From: Gammaproteobacteria bacterium
GTDB taxonomy: Bacteria; Pseudomonadota; Gammaproteobacteria; JBCCGL01
Reading direction: 5' to 3'
Assembly: GCA_965277715.1 (NCBI GenBank)
Contig: OZ255836.1
Span: 2,080,001-2,144,000 of the forward strand
DNA length: 64,000 nucleotides
Below, piece after piece: positions 9,642 to 19,717 of this stretch. Each line of letters opens with the position of its first letter. Position 1 is the first letter of the stretch. Both the position numbers and the translations under genes were made by a program. The notes below the pieces were generated by a model that saw nothing but the letters and a program-made list of their open reading frames with translations, was not told the DNA's origin and ran no database searches.

Positions 9642-10346
9642 ATGACCGAGACCGTCTTTTACCAGGATAGCTACGCCACCCACTGCGATGCACATATCAC
9701 AGCGATCACTGATAATACGATTACGCTTGATCGCACTGTTTTTTACCCGATGGGAGGCGGCCAACCCGGTGATACCGGCACACTGATCAGCCAGAGTGGG
9801 GAACATATTGCCGTTACCGATACCCGAAAAGAAGGAGACGATATTGTCCACTGGGTGGAAGTCGATTTATCAACCATTGCTGTCGGTGATCATATTACTG
9901 CCGAAATAGACTGGGTTCGTCGGCACCGCCATATGCGCATGCACACTTGCCTGCACCTGCTATGTTCGCTGATTGATGCCCCCGTAACCGGTGGCTCTGT
10001 TGCCGCCGACAAAGCACGGCTGGATTTTGATTTACCCGAATCCACACTCGATAAGGAAGCTCTGAACACATCGCTAAAACAGCTAATCGATAACGATCAT
10101 ACTATTAGTATTGAATGGATTAGTGACAAAGCGCTGGAACAACAACCAGAGTTGGTGCGCACCATGTCAGTTAAGCCTCCCACAGGGCATGGCAAAGTAC
10201 GACTAATCAATATCGAGAATGTAGATCTACAACCTTGTGGCGGCACGCATTTGCAATCCACTGGTGAAATTGGCGCAGTGCGCGTACGTAAGATCGAAAA
10301 AAAGGGCAAACAGAACCGGCGCGTGATTCTGGTATTTGACGAATAA
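9642..10346 (+). CDS. AlaX alanyl-tRNA editing protein
   Basis: FYP.GGGQPGD, HMRMHTCLHLL, QPCGGTH. Confidence 0.92.
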   Translation: MTETVFYQDSYATHCDAHITAITDNTITLDRTVFYPMGGGQPGDTGTLISQSGEHIAVTDTRKEGDDIVHWVEVDLSTIAVGDHITAEIDWVRRHRHMRMHTCLHLLCSLIDAPVTGGSVAADKARLDFDLPESTLDKEALNTSLKQLIDNDHTISIEWISDKALEQQPELVRTMSVKPPTGHGKVRLINIENVDLQPCGGTHLQSTGEIGAVRVRKIEKKGKQNRRVILVFDE

Positions 10347-10363
10347 AGCGCCACTTGCTAAAG

Positions 10364-10705
10364 CTATGCACTGCGTCGCCCTATTACTCGCCCAACAAAG
10401 GTAACCTCAGTGCCAGGCTGAGGCACCCAGGGAATAACTGCGACAACCCCAATGAAAGCACGGCAAAACCAGCGCCAATTAAAAATACCATAGCAGGTGA
10501 AACCAACCACAAAAGCAATAAACCCGGGCACTTCACGCAAACTTTGTAAAATACCAATCTCGGCGCCGGTAAACTGCGCCTGCTCAACGGCAAAATTATT
10601 CAGCAATGTCTGCCAGGCAGCAAAAGAAAACGGCACCGCTGCAGCCATCAGGTACAGCAAGCACTCTGGTGACTTCCAGTTTTTCAAAAAGGAGATAAAA
10701 ACCAC
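10364..10705 (-). pseudogene. MFS transporter, internally deleted
   Basis: N-terminal LLNNFAVE...EIGILQSLREVPGF is fused out of frame to a C-terminal-type LWLVSPAMVFLIGAGFA segment; only ~340 bp remain. Confidence 0.75.
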
Positions 10706-10897
10706 TATCGTTCCCCACTAAGACTTAAGAGCAAGTCTAACAGGCTGTTTATCAGAAGCCTGTCGGGTTTAGGTACTCGTAGCGAGGAAAAGACCGGATT
10801 GAATCATTTTTTGCGCACTGTTGAGGTGCACAAAAAAGGGCCAAATCAGCTTTTCCATAGTAAAACAGCATTGAATCCGGCAGGCGCCTGCCATTGA

Positions 10898-11968
10898 TTA
10901 AAACAAAGGTAACTGCACCATCTCATAGATAGACACTGGCACCAGGCCCGACACACTGACACCGAGCAAACGCACCGGCTTATTGGCGACATCTGTCCTT
11001 TCCAGCAACAGCGGCAAACGAGACAACATGTCCTCTGCACAACAAATCCGACTGGCTAACGAATGGCTACGCGTCACCAACTGAAAATCTGCATAGCGTA
11101 CTTTGATCGTCAGTGTGCGCGCTGTAAGGCTTTTAGACAGTAAACCATCGGCCACCTGAATAGCCAACTGTTCAAGCTGATCTAACATCTTTTCAGGTCG
11201 GGTTAAATCGACTTGAAAGGTCGTCTCCGAACCAATTGACTGCCGTTGACGAGCGTGCTCGACAAGCCGGTTATCGATACCACGGGCTATATTAAAATAA
11301 TACTGTGCCGACCTGCCAAAATGTGCCTGTAATTCCACTAATGACCAAGCGCGCAAATCGGCACCCGTTTCAATGCCCAGCTGGTGCATTTTCGCCTCAG
11401 TTACACGCCCCACCCCATGAAACCTTGCAATAGGTAGACTGGCGACAAACGCCTCACCCTGCTCCGGCAAAATGACAGTCAACCCATCGGGTTTATTCAT
11501 TGCAGAGGCAATCTTGGCAAAAAACTTGTTGTAGGATACGCCCGCAGATGCCGTCAGTCCCGTCGCAGCAAAAATCTGCTGCCTGATCGACTGAGCCAAG
11601 CGGGTAGCAGACCCTTGGCACTGCTGCACCTCACTGACATCGAGATACGCTTCATCCAGTGACAACGGCTCAACCAGCTCAGTAAAACACCGAAATACAT
11701 GATGAATCGTTGTGGAAACCGCTTTATACACATCAAACCGTGGTTGGATAAAAATCGCCTGCGGGCACAAGCGGTACGCCTGCGCACTTGGCATCGCCGA
11801 ATGAACACCAAACTGGCGTGCCTCATAACTACACGCTGCAACTACCCCACGGCTGTGCGGCTTACCACCCACGACAACAGGCTTCCCCCTATATGCAGGA
11901 TTATCACGCTGTTCCACAGAAGCGTAATATGCATCCATGTCGATATGTAAGATCTTGCGTTGGTTCAC
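10898..11968 (-). CDS. dinB: DNA polymerase IV
   Basis: RKILHIDMDAYYASVE, SYEAR.FG, EPLSLDEAYLD; GTG start at 11968 preferred over the longer ORF. Confidence 0.95.
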   Translation of the reverse strand: MNQRKILHIDMDAYYASVEQRDNPAYRGKPVVVGGKPHSRGVVAACSYEARQFGVHSAMPSAQAYRLCPQAIFIQPRFDVYKAVSTTIHHVFRCFTELVEPLSLDEAYLDVSEVQQCQGSATRLAQSIRQQIFAATGLTASAGVSYNKFFAKIASAMNKPDGLTVILPEQGEAFVASLPIARFHGVGRVTEAKMHQLGIETGADLRAWSLVELQAHFGRSAQYYFNIARGIDNRLVEHARQRQSIGSETTFQVDLTRPEKMLDQLEQLAIQVADGLLSKSLTARTLTIKVRYADFQLVTRSHSLASRICCAEDMLSRLPLLLERTDVANKPVRLLGVSVSGLVPVSIYEMVQLPLF

Positions 11969-12381
11969 AGTACTATTTAACCTAAAAGCCTCAGTTGAGT
12001 GCAAAAAAGCTGTGTAAGCATAGGCACGCACGGAAAGGTTTAAAGGTTCAAGACTTGGAACCACCCTTACTTACTGGGCTGTTTGTATCATTTTTGCACT
12101 ATCTATAAGCAACATTTGCTGTATCTAGAGCAATATTTGCACAAAATATGTTGCCAAAAAACAACAAAAATAAAAAAAAGCAGTAAATAAAAATAGGAAA
12201 ACAACTACAACCTATTGATAAACAATGAATAAACAACAAAAAGAGGCCATCTAAATATATTTCCACATAGGCTGTTGCATTTTAGATACAAGCCTTCTAT
12301 ATTTCGCACCGTGGTTGTGAAGCCACTTCCAAATAATTTTTTCTGATTAGTTTTGTTATAAACAAACCGAAGGAAACACAT

Positions 12382-13527
12382 ATGAATTTTAAAAAAACTG
12401 CAATTGCACTGGCTGTTGCCAGTGTTGCTGCCACACCGATAATTGCATCGGCTGATGGTAGTGTTTATGCCTCTGCACGTATTGGTTTACAGTACTTAGA
12501 TGGAGGTGAAAACCGTAACGGTGATAGTGTTAACGAAACCACCGATAGCGAAATAACTGTTCGTAGTTATGCAGCTCGTTTGGGCTTTAAAGGCGAAACC
12601 GAAATTGGAAATGGTTGGTCTGGTTGGGGTCGTTATGAGCTTGAAGTACTAACTGATGCAGCGAGAGATAACACCTCTCAGGATGCTACGTTTAGACGCC
12701 GTCATGCTGTTGCTGGCCTTAAAAGTGAACATAACAATATCTATGTAGGACAAACCTCACATACTTGGTATAACCATATTGTTGGACCTGCCGATTATCC
12801 TTGGTGGGGTTCTGGTTACGCATTGGTAAAATACGATATTCGTGAGGACAATGGCATCACTTATAATGGTAGTTTTGGCGTTGTAGAGTTTGGGATTACT
12901 GGTTTTTTTCAACCTGATAACCTTGGCGGTAACTTAAGTAGCAGCGGTGATTCCGAAGTACTTGATGAATACCAGTTGGCAATTTCCTTTAATATAGGTT
13001 CTAGTGTACGTCTTGGTCTTGGTCTTGCAGGCGCATTAGGTGATTTTGAAAATACTGGTTCTCCTGCTGTTGCTGCTGTTCCTGCTAATACAACAAACGG
13101 AGATGGTATTCCAAACACAGCAGGTTCTGAAGCTGTTGATCCTGTTCCTGCCACTGCTGTAGAAGATGAACCTATTATAGGTGTTTCTCTTAGTATTGAT
13201 CTTGGTTCAGTAAATCTTGCTGGCAACTATCAAACTCAGAGCCTGAATGGTGGTGGTGACAATAACAGTATCTCACTCAACGTAGCGCTATATGACTTCA
13301 ACATTCACTATGAATCAGTGGATTTTGGAAACAGTAGCACAGCTAACACAGCTTTAAATACTAGCAATTTAAATGTTGATCAAACAAGCCTGACTTTGGG
13401 TTATACCTTAAACCTCGGCCCTCGAACTTTGATATGGTTCGAATTACAGCAGCTTGATCGTGATACTGTTAACGATAATGATGATAGGACGATTGGCCGT
13501 GCTACACTGAAATACGATATTCTGTAA
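12382..13527 (+). CDS. Gram-negative porin
   Basis: Signal peptide MNFKKTAIALAVA, RLGFKG.E..G.G amphipathic strands, C-terminal LKYDIL. Confidence 0.85.
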   Translation: MNFKKTAIALAVASVAATPIIASADGSVYASARIGLQYLDGGENRNGDSVNETTDSEITVRSYAARLGFKGETEIGNGWSGWGRYELEVLTDAARDNTSQDATFRRRHAVAGLKSEHNNIYVGQTSHTWYNHIVGPADYPWWGSGYALVKYDIREDNGITYNGSFGVVEFGITGFFQPDNLGGNLSSSGDSEVLDEYQLAISFNIGSSVRLGLGLAGALGDFENTGSPAVAAVPANTTNGDGIPNTAGSEAVDPVPATAVEDEPIIGVSLSIDLGSVNLAGNYQTQSLNGGGDNNSISLNVALYDFNIHYESVDFGNSSTANTALNTSNLNVDQTSLTLGYTLNLGPRTLIWFELQQLDRDTVNDNDDRTIGRATLKYDIL

Positions 13528-13554
13528 AATCTAGTTTTTACATTGTATTTCTTG

Positions 13555-13582
13555 AAAAGGCTCCTTAGGGAGCCTTTTCTTT
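13555..13582 (+). terminator. Rho-independent terminator
   Basis: aaaaggctcc-ttag-ggagcctttt followed by a T-rich tract. Confidence 0.85.
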
Positions 13583-13934
13583 TGGTTTTACAGGTATCAT
13601 ATGGAATGGAAGGAAGCAAATCTACTCCGTAACATATAAGCTCTAACACCTAACATTTATCTTATTCAACTACAACCAACACTGAAACAAGCAAAAAACT
13701 AAAAAATATAATTTTTTGGTATTTCTTCACAGAAACCACTACGAAATAGCGTTATATTGAAATTACAGGGATGCTCCAAAAGACTTTAAAATCAGCGGAT
13801 AGTAAATGGATATATCACCAGGGATAAGCTTATGGGCAGGGAGGCCCACTACCTCTAGATCAAAAACGCACAATAGAACCTGCAAATCACCGTTGCTGGC
13901 ATATCAAATTCAACTCTTCTATACTTCAGAAATC

Positions 13935-14465
13935 ATGCGAACCAACCTATTACTATTGATTACCCTATTGATAAATTGCCTGCCAATCTATGCGCAGGCG
14001 GTGGAAGTGGCTCCACGTATTTCAGACCGTGAAATTATAGAGTCACTCGCCAATTTACGCGGCGACATAAAAGAGCTTAAAGCGGGACAACATGCACTAA
14101 GCCAACGTATTGATGATATGAATCAGCGACTAGACCAACGCATTGATGGTATGAATCAGCAATTAGGTCAACGAATTGAGGATATGAGCCAACAACTCAG
14201 TCAGCGCATGAACCTCATTGAAAATCTGATACTTACTATGTTAGCCGCCGTTTTCGCCTTGATTGGTTATATTGTTTGGGATCGCAAAACCGCCATGCGA
14301 CCATTAGAAAACCGTTTAGCCCATATTGAATCAGCGTTGGAGCACGATTTAGAACTGAAATCACCCGAAGGTTCCCGGCTAACAAGGCTTATTCACGCGT
14401 TGAGAGAACTTGCCATTACTGATGAGAAAGTGGCTAGCGTATTACGCAGTTTTTCTCTGCTATAA
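13935..14465 (+). CDS. Membrane-anchored coiled-coil protein (signal peptide, three 11-aa repeats, TM helix), copy 1
   Basis: Start inferred from the identical N-terminus of the paralog; QRID.MNQ.L repeats; TM LILTMLAAVFALIGYIVW. Confidence 0.85.
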   Translation: MRTNLLLLITLLINCLPIYAQAVEVAPRISDREIIESLANLRGDIKELKAGQHALSQRIDDMNQRLDQRIDGMNQQLGQRIEDMSQQLSQRMNLIENLILTMLAAVFALIGYIVWDRKTAMRPLENRLAHIESALEHDLELKSPEGSRLTRLIHALRELAITDEKVASVLRSFSLL

Positions 14466-14705
14466 GCGTAACAAAACAGTTTTTTTGGTATTTTTTCACA
14501 GAAACCACTACAGAATAACGTAATATGGAAACTACAGGGACGCTCCAAAGGATTTTAAAACCAGCGGATAGTAAATGGACATATATTATCAGGGACAAAC
14601 TTATGGGCAGGGAGGCCCATTACCTCTAGATCAAAAACGCACAATAGAACCTGCAAGTCACTGTTGCTGGCATATCAAATTTAACTCTTCTATACTTCAG
14701 AAATC

Positions 14706-15302
14706 ATGCGAACCAACCTATTACTATTGATTACCCTATTGATAAATTGCCTGCCAATCTATGCGCAGGCGGTGGAAGTGGCTCCACGTATTTCAGACCG
14801 TGAAATTATAGAGTCACTCGCCAATTTACGCGGCGACATAAAAGAGCTTAAAGGTGGACAACAGGCACTCAACCAACGCATTGATGGTTTAAACCAACAG
14901 CTAAGCCAACGCATTGATGGTTTAAACCAACAGCTAAGCCAACGCATTGATGGTTTAAACCAACAGCTAAGCCAGCGCATTGATGACATGAATCAACGAC
15001 TAGACCAACGAATTGATGATATGGGTCAACAGCTCAGTCAGCGCATCAACCTTGTTGAAAATTTGATACTGACCATGTTAGCAGCTGTTTTTGGTCTAAT
15101 TGGCTATATTGTTTGGGATCGTAAAACCGCCATGCGGCCATTAGAGAATCGATTAGTCCATATCGAATCAGCACTGGAACACGATTTAGAACTGAAATCC
15201 CCCGAAGGCTCCCGACTAACGAGGCTTATTCACGCGTTGAGAGAACTTGCCGTTACTGATGAGAAAGTGGCTGGGGTATTACGCAGTTTTTCTCTGCTAT
15301 AA
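14706..15302 (+). CDS. Membrane-anchored coiled-coil protein (five 11-aa repeats), copy 2
   Basis: Paralog of 13935..14465, 22 aa longer. Confidence 0.85.
   Translation: MRTNLLLLITLLINCLPIYAQAVEVAPRISDREIIESLANLRGDIKELKGGQQALNQRIDGLNQQLSQRIDGLNQQLSQRIDGLNQQLSQRIDDMNQRLDQRIDDMGQQLSQRINLVENLILTMLAAVFGLIGYIVWDRKTAMRPLENRLVHIESALEHDLELKSPEGSRLTRLIHALRELAVTDEKVAGVLRSFSLL
14874..14972 (+). repeat. 3 x 33-bp perfect tandem repeat (QRIDGLNQQLS)
   Basis: caacgcattgatggtttaaaccaacagctaagc x3. Confidence 0.95.
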
Positions 15303-15656
15303 GCGTAAAAAAACAGGTTTTTTTGGGTATTTTTTCACAGAAACCACCACGAAACAGCATTATATTGAAATTACAGGGACGCTCCAAAGGACTTCAAAAC
15401 CAGCGAATAGTAAACGGACAGATATTCTCAAGGATAAGCTCATGGGCAAGGAGGCCCATTACTTCCAGAACCAAGAAAACAGGCAATAGAACGTGTAAAT
15501 TACCTAAAACCTCACCTTGGTACATGCCATAACACCCGACCAAGCAAACAAACGCAACCAACCCTGTATGTGCGCGCCTCACAGAATATCTTCAACCCGG
15601 TTAACGCGCTCTAATGGGTTCACTATAGAGGGTATCGGAAGTCGCATTGAGTATAG

Positions 15657-18509
15657 TCATCCCGTCCAACCTAACCCAGCAGCAATGCAGTTAATCGAGT
15701 GCAGCAAAGGGCTGCTATCAGGTCGCTGGTGAGTTGATTGTCTAAACTGCCGAATCAGTTCCACTTGGGTATTACTCACTTGATTGATGACCTCAGCGCG
15801 CCGCTCTATGCGGCTTTGGAAGTGCGCGAACCGCGTTGCAATGTGGGGCGCATCAGTGATCGACAAGAGCCGCTTTTTAGTGAGTGTAAACTCCGCTTCA
15901 ACCAGTGAAAAAACCCGCTCGCGCAATTCGGCATCGTCAACCAGCGAGGCGAACCGGGCGGCGACGTTCAGATCGACCTGTGCCAGGGTTTTTTCTACTT
16001 CATCGATAATTAGCCGGAATAAAGCACATTCGGCAAACATTTTTTTCAATAGCTGTTCGCCCGACTCACCGCGCACGGCGATAAATTGACTCAGCCCACT
16101 ACCAACCCCGTACCAGCCGGTGATCATATGACGGTTTTGGCTCCAGGCAAATACCCACGGAATCGCCCGTAGATCGTTGAGTGATGCAACGCCAAAGCGG
16201 CGTGCCGGGCGCGATCCGATGTTCAGCAGTGCTAGCTCTTCTACCGGGCTTGCGGCGCTGTAGTAATCGATCAGGCCCGGCTGCTCAACAAAGCTACGGT
16301 ACGCCGCCAATGAAGCGCCGGACAAAGCTTCCATCGCTTCATTAAACTCAGGGCTGAGTGCACTACCAGGTGATGTTCCGGCCAACAGTGTGTGCTCCAT
16401 TACCGTGGCGGTAAGCAATTCCATTTGATAACGCCCGGTGCCCCGGTTGGCGTATTTTGATGACACTACCTCACCCTGCTCGGTGATGCGGATGCGCCCC
16501 TGTACCGAGCCTGCCGGTTGCGCCAGTATGGCGCGCTCGGTAGGTGCGCCACCACGGCTTACAGATCCCCCTCTGCCATGGAAAAAAGCGATAGCAATGC
16601 CACAGGATTCGGCCACCTGGGTCAAGCCAATCTGCGCTTTGCTGGTTTCCCAGTTCGAGGCTAAGAATCCACCGTCTTTATTCGAGTCAGAATAGCCAAT
16701 CATCACCTCTTGCACACCGCCCAACTCACGCACTGTGCGCCGCAACAGCGGCACGGTGAGGAGTGATTGCATAATGTCGGAGGCCGCCTGTAGATCACCA
16801 ATGGTTTCAAACAGCGGCACAACCATTAGGCTACAGCTCTCAACACCTTGTTCATCAACAAACAAACCGACGTATTTAGCCAAGAGGTAAACGCCTAGAA
16901 TATCGCTGACACTGTGGGTCATGCTGAGTACAAATGCACCAAATGCCTCGCGATCGAAAGTCTCGCGTGAATCGCGCACCAGGTACAGTAGGTTAATCAA
17001 TTCTCTGGCTTCACCGGGCAAATCGTACAACAGCGGCAAACGTTGCAGTGGGGTGGAAAGCTCACTGTGTAACCAATCCAGCCAGGCCGGTGAGTCGAGC
17101 GCTGGCGGGGGCGCCGATGAACGCGTGACCAACGCCCAAACCGCCTGGAGGGTACGGTTGGTGACGTCGGTGTTCTGGCGCACGTCGAGGCGCACGGTAC
17201 GAAACCGGAACGCCTGCACTTCACGGCGCAGCGGGGTGACATAAGCGCTGGCTAGGTCTTTGCAGTGTGCACCGCTCATACCGGCTTCCAGGGTACGCAG
17301 GTCATCGATCAATGCGTCTGCACCGTCATAGGCAAGATGGTTTTTCGCCCCGTCTGTTACTTTACTTGCCGCCCTATTTGTCGCTTGGTCATTATCAATT
17401 CGCTCATTGGCAATCGCCAGATTGGCATCCAGCTTATGTACCATACAGGCAATAAACTGGCGAAATACTTCACCGGGGTTACGGGCGGTAATGACCTCCG
17501 CCTCACCTGTTTCAACCAGTAGATTATCCAGCGCCTGCAAGAACGTGGCGGGCACAGTCAAGGCATTGCGGGTGGCGCTGAGAGTACGCAACAACACACG
17601 AAAGCGCTCGCGATAGTGCTGTAATGCGGCGAGACGATTGGTTTGCAGGGCATTGCGAGTGACGTCACAGTCAACATAGGGGTTGCCGTCCCGATCACCA
17701 CCTATCCAGGAGCCAAACTGGAAAAAGGCGGGCAGCGAAAAGTGAACATCCGGGTAGTGTTGTTTTAACGCCCAGGATAAGGAATCCTGAAGTTCGGGAA
17801 TCAAGCCAAAGATAGTGCCACGAAAAAAGTGCAGCCCCCAAGCCACCTCTTTTTCAACCGCCGGTTTTTCCAGCATCAATTCACCGCTTAGCCACAGCAA
17901 ATCGATTTCGTTGCGCAGGCTATCAATCAGGCGCGTGCGCTCTCGCTCAGTCCAGCGGGTCGATTCCAGATCGACCAGGCGGCGGTAGATACGGCGGTGA
18001 ATTTCCAGCGCAGTAATGCGCCGTGTCTCGGTGGGGTGGGCGGTGACCGTAGGGCAGATGTAGGCTTTGTTAAAAAATTCCTGGAGTTGATCAGCGTCGA
18101 TACCAGCGCGTGCCGCTTTGGCAATAATATGGGCAAATGTGCCGCGCCGCCTGGGCTGGTCAACCTGCTGCCCGTGCTCGCGGCGCAAGCGCATGGCAGC
18201 GTTTTCCTCGGCGATATTCAGCAACTGAAACCAGATACCTTGCACTTGCAGACAATGCAGTAGCTTGTCACTGTCATTGAGCAATGTCGTGGCGTCACCG
18301 CGTAGCTGGGGCAGGATAGCCGGTACGCGCTGGCCAACAACGTCCATCAGCAGCGTGTGTAATTGCTCAACAACGCCCGTCGCGTAGTCGGTCGCCAGGG
18401 TTGCGCCGGGGTCAAGCGATAGCGGGCCAAGTGACAGATGATCAGGCGACAGCGGATTGAGCGGCAGCGGTGCGGCGCCCTGCGCGGTAGTATCATTTAT
18501 GCCAGACAT
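15657..18509 (-). CDS. ppc: Phosphoenolpyruvate carboxylase
   Basis: TAHPTE, SWIGGDRDGNP, MIGYSDSNKDGG, FHGRGGSV.RGG, LRAIPWVF. Confidence 0.97.
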   Translation of the reverse strand: MSGINDTTAQGAAPLPLNPLSPDHLSLGPLSLDPGATLATDYATGVVEQLHTLLMDVVGQRVPAILPQLRGDATTLLNDSDKLLHCLQVQGIWFQLLNIAEENAAMRLRREHGQQVDQPRRRGTFAHIIAKAARAGIDADQLQEFFNKAYICPTVTAHPTETRRITALEIHRRIYRRLVDLESTRWTERERTRLIDSLRNEIDLLWLSGELMLEKPAVEKEVAWGLHFFRGTIFGLIPELQDSLSWALKQHYPDVHFSLPAFFQFGSWIGGDRDGNPYVDCDVTRNALQTNRLAALQHYRERFRVLLRTLSATRNALTVPATFLQALDNLLVETGEAEVITARNPGEVFRQFIACMVHKLDANLAIANERIDNDQATNRAASKVTDGAKNHLAYDGADALIDDLRTLEAGMSGAHCKDLASAYVTPLRREVQAFRFRTVRLDVRQNTDVTNRTLQAVWALVTRSSAPPPALDSPAWLDWLHSELSTPLQRLPLLYDLPGEARELINLLYLVRDSRETFDREAFGAFVLSMTHSVSDILGVYLLAKYVGLFVDEQGVESCSLMVVPLFETIGDLQAASDIMQSLLTVPLLRRTVRELGGVQEVMIGYSDSNKDGGFLASNWETSKAQIGLTQVAESCGIAIAFFHGRGGSVSRGGAPTERAILAQPAGSVQGRIRITEQGEVVSSKYANRGTGRYQMELLTATVMEHTLLAGTSPGSALSPEFNEAMEALSGASLAAYRSFVEQPGLIDYYSAASPVEELALLNIGSRPARRFGVASLNDLRAIPWVFAWSQNRHMITGWYGVGSGLSQFIAVRGESGEQLLKKMFAECALFRLIIDEVEKTLAQVDLNVAARFASLVDDAELRERVFSLVEAEFTLTKKRLLSITDAPHIATRFAHFQSRIERRAEVINQVSNTQVELIRQFRQSTHQRPDSSPLLHSINCIAAGLGWTG

Positions 18510-18515
18510 GCGCGG

Positions 18516-19487
18516 CTAAACCAGCTTATCGCGTGGGGTTTCACCGTTAAAAAACGCCTGCACATTGTCGATCACGCGCATCCCCATAGCGTAGCGGGTC
18601 TCTTGGGTGGCACTGCCAAGGTGAGGTAACAGTACAACTTTTTCCATCGATAGCAAGGCATCTGACACCTGCGGTTCGCACTCGAATACATCCAGACCCG
18701 CACCGGCAATCTGGCCGCTTTGCAGGGCGTCAATCAGTGCCGCTTCGTCGACTACATCGCCTCGCGCTGTGTTAATCAAGAAGGCCGCTGGTTTCATCGC
18801 TGCAAAAGCATCGGCACCCATCAAGTGATGGGTTTCATCGCCACCTGGGCAATGCAGAGAGACAAAATCGGCCTGTACAAAGACGGCCTGCGCCGATTGA
18901 CAGGGTTGTGCATTCAAGCCCTCAAGCGCCTGTGCAGAGGGTGGAAGGGGGTCGTAAAACACCACGCGCATATTAAAACCGTGCACCGCCCGTGCGGCGA
19001 CTGCGCGAGCGATACGGCCCATGCCGATAAGGCCGAGCGTTTTGCCGCTCACCCGCGTGCCCATCATGTGCGTGGGGCGCCAACCGCTCCACGCTTTGCT
19101 GCGCACGTGGCGTTCACCTTCACCGGCACGGCGTGCCACCATCAGTAGCAAGGTCATGGCCAAATCAGCGGTGCAGTCAGTCAATACCTCGGGGGTATTG
19201 CTGACGGTTAGTCCCACTGCTTTTGCCGCATCCAGATCGATATGGTTAAACCCCACCCCATTACTGCCCAGCATTTTGGCACGCACCGTACTGGCACTCA
19301 GCACTTCGGCATTAATTTTATCACTGACGGTGGGTAACACGGCGTCCGCGTCTTGCAGTGCCTGTTGTAACTCGGTGACCGACATGGGGTGGTCGTCTGT
19401 ATTGAGTTGCGTATCGAACAGTTCACACAACTTAGCCTCAACGCGTTCGTGCCAGCGGCGGGTGACGATTATCTTTGGTTTGCTCAT
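18516..19487 (-). CDS. D-2-hydroxyacid dehydrogenase (glyoxylate/hydroxypyruvate reductase-like)
   Basis: NTPEVLTD.TAD, GMGRIA, LINTARG, GLDVFE.EP, LPHLGSAT. Confidence 0.92.
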   Translation of the reverse strand: MSKPKIIVTRRWHERVEAKLCELFDTQLNTDDHPMSVTELQQALQDADAVLPTVSDKINAEVLSASTVRAKMLGSNGVGFNHIDLDAAKAVGLTVSNTPEVLTDCTADLAMTLLLMVARRAGEGERHVRSKAWSGWRPTHMMGTRVSGKTLGLIGMGRIARAVAARAVHGFNMRVVFYDPLPPSAQALEGLNAQPCQSAQAVFVQADFVSLHCPGGDETHHLMGADAFAAMKPAAFLINTARGDVVDEAALIDALQSGQIAGAGLDVFECEPQVSDALLSMEKVVLLPHLGSATQETRYAMGMRVIDNVQAFFNGETPRDKLV

Positions 19488-19538
19488 TTAATCAATTTCC
19501 AGTGTTCAAGTTTAACAGACAGATTCAAGCAAGCAGGT

Positions 19539-19717
19539 TTAAGCCGTCTTAGCGAGCACATGGGCAACCCAGCTACCAAATTCAGAGGGACGGACAATAA
19601 CGCCAATTCCACAATCACGCAAAATTTCGGCCCTTTCATCGGCAGGTTCACCGCTGGCGAAGGCAATCGCACCCGCATACCCCTACGCCGACCTTTCAGT
19701 GCCGTCAGCCCCACAAT
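19539..19717 (-). pseudogene. C-terminal remnant of a succinate/malate-CoA ligase alpha subunit (sucD/mtkB-like)
   Basis: Manual translation IVGLTALKGRR / frameshift / GYAGAIAFASGEPADERAEILRDCGIGVIVRPSEFGSWVAHVL matches the SucD/MtkB motif IAG.TAP.GRRMGHAGAI. Confidence 0.75.

Larger units (their letters stand above)
13711..15500. repeat. Tandem duplication: three copies of a ~190-225 bp intergenic block alternating with two paralogous genes
   Basis: Block ttttggtatt..cacagaaacca..acaggga.gctccaaa..atgggca.ggaggccca at ~13711, ~14480 and ~15320. Confidence 0.9.

Noticed and set aside
10757-10773. Motif cct(g/a)tcgggtttagg also seen at ~25236-25250, possible MITE/IS end
   Set aside because: Only ~15 bp in two copies with no paired inverted end; insufficient without a genome-wide search.
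11950-12100. LexA box upstream of dinB
   Set aside because: I found no convincing CTG-N10-CAG match.
13806-13934. N-terminal extension of the 219-aa ORF
   Set aside because: It corresponds to the repeated intergenic block; the paralog fixes the start at 13935.
13711-15500. Possible CRISPR array or integron cassette array
   Set aside because: The repeats are ~200 bp, imperfect and separated by paralogous genes; no cas genes, integrase or attC-like ends were seen.
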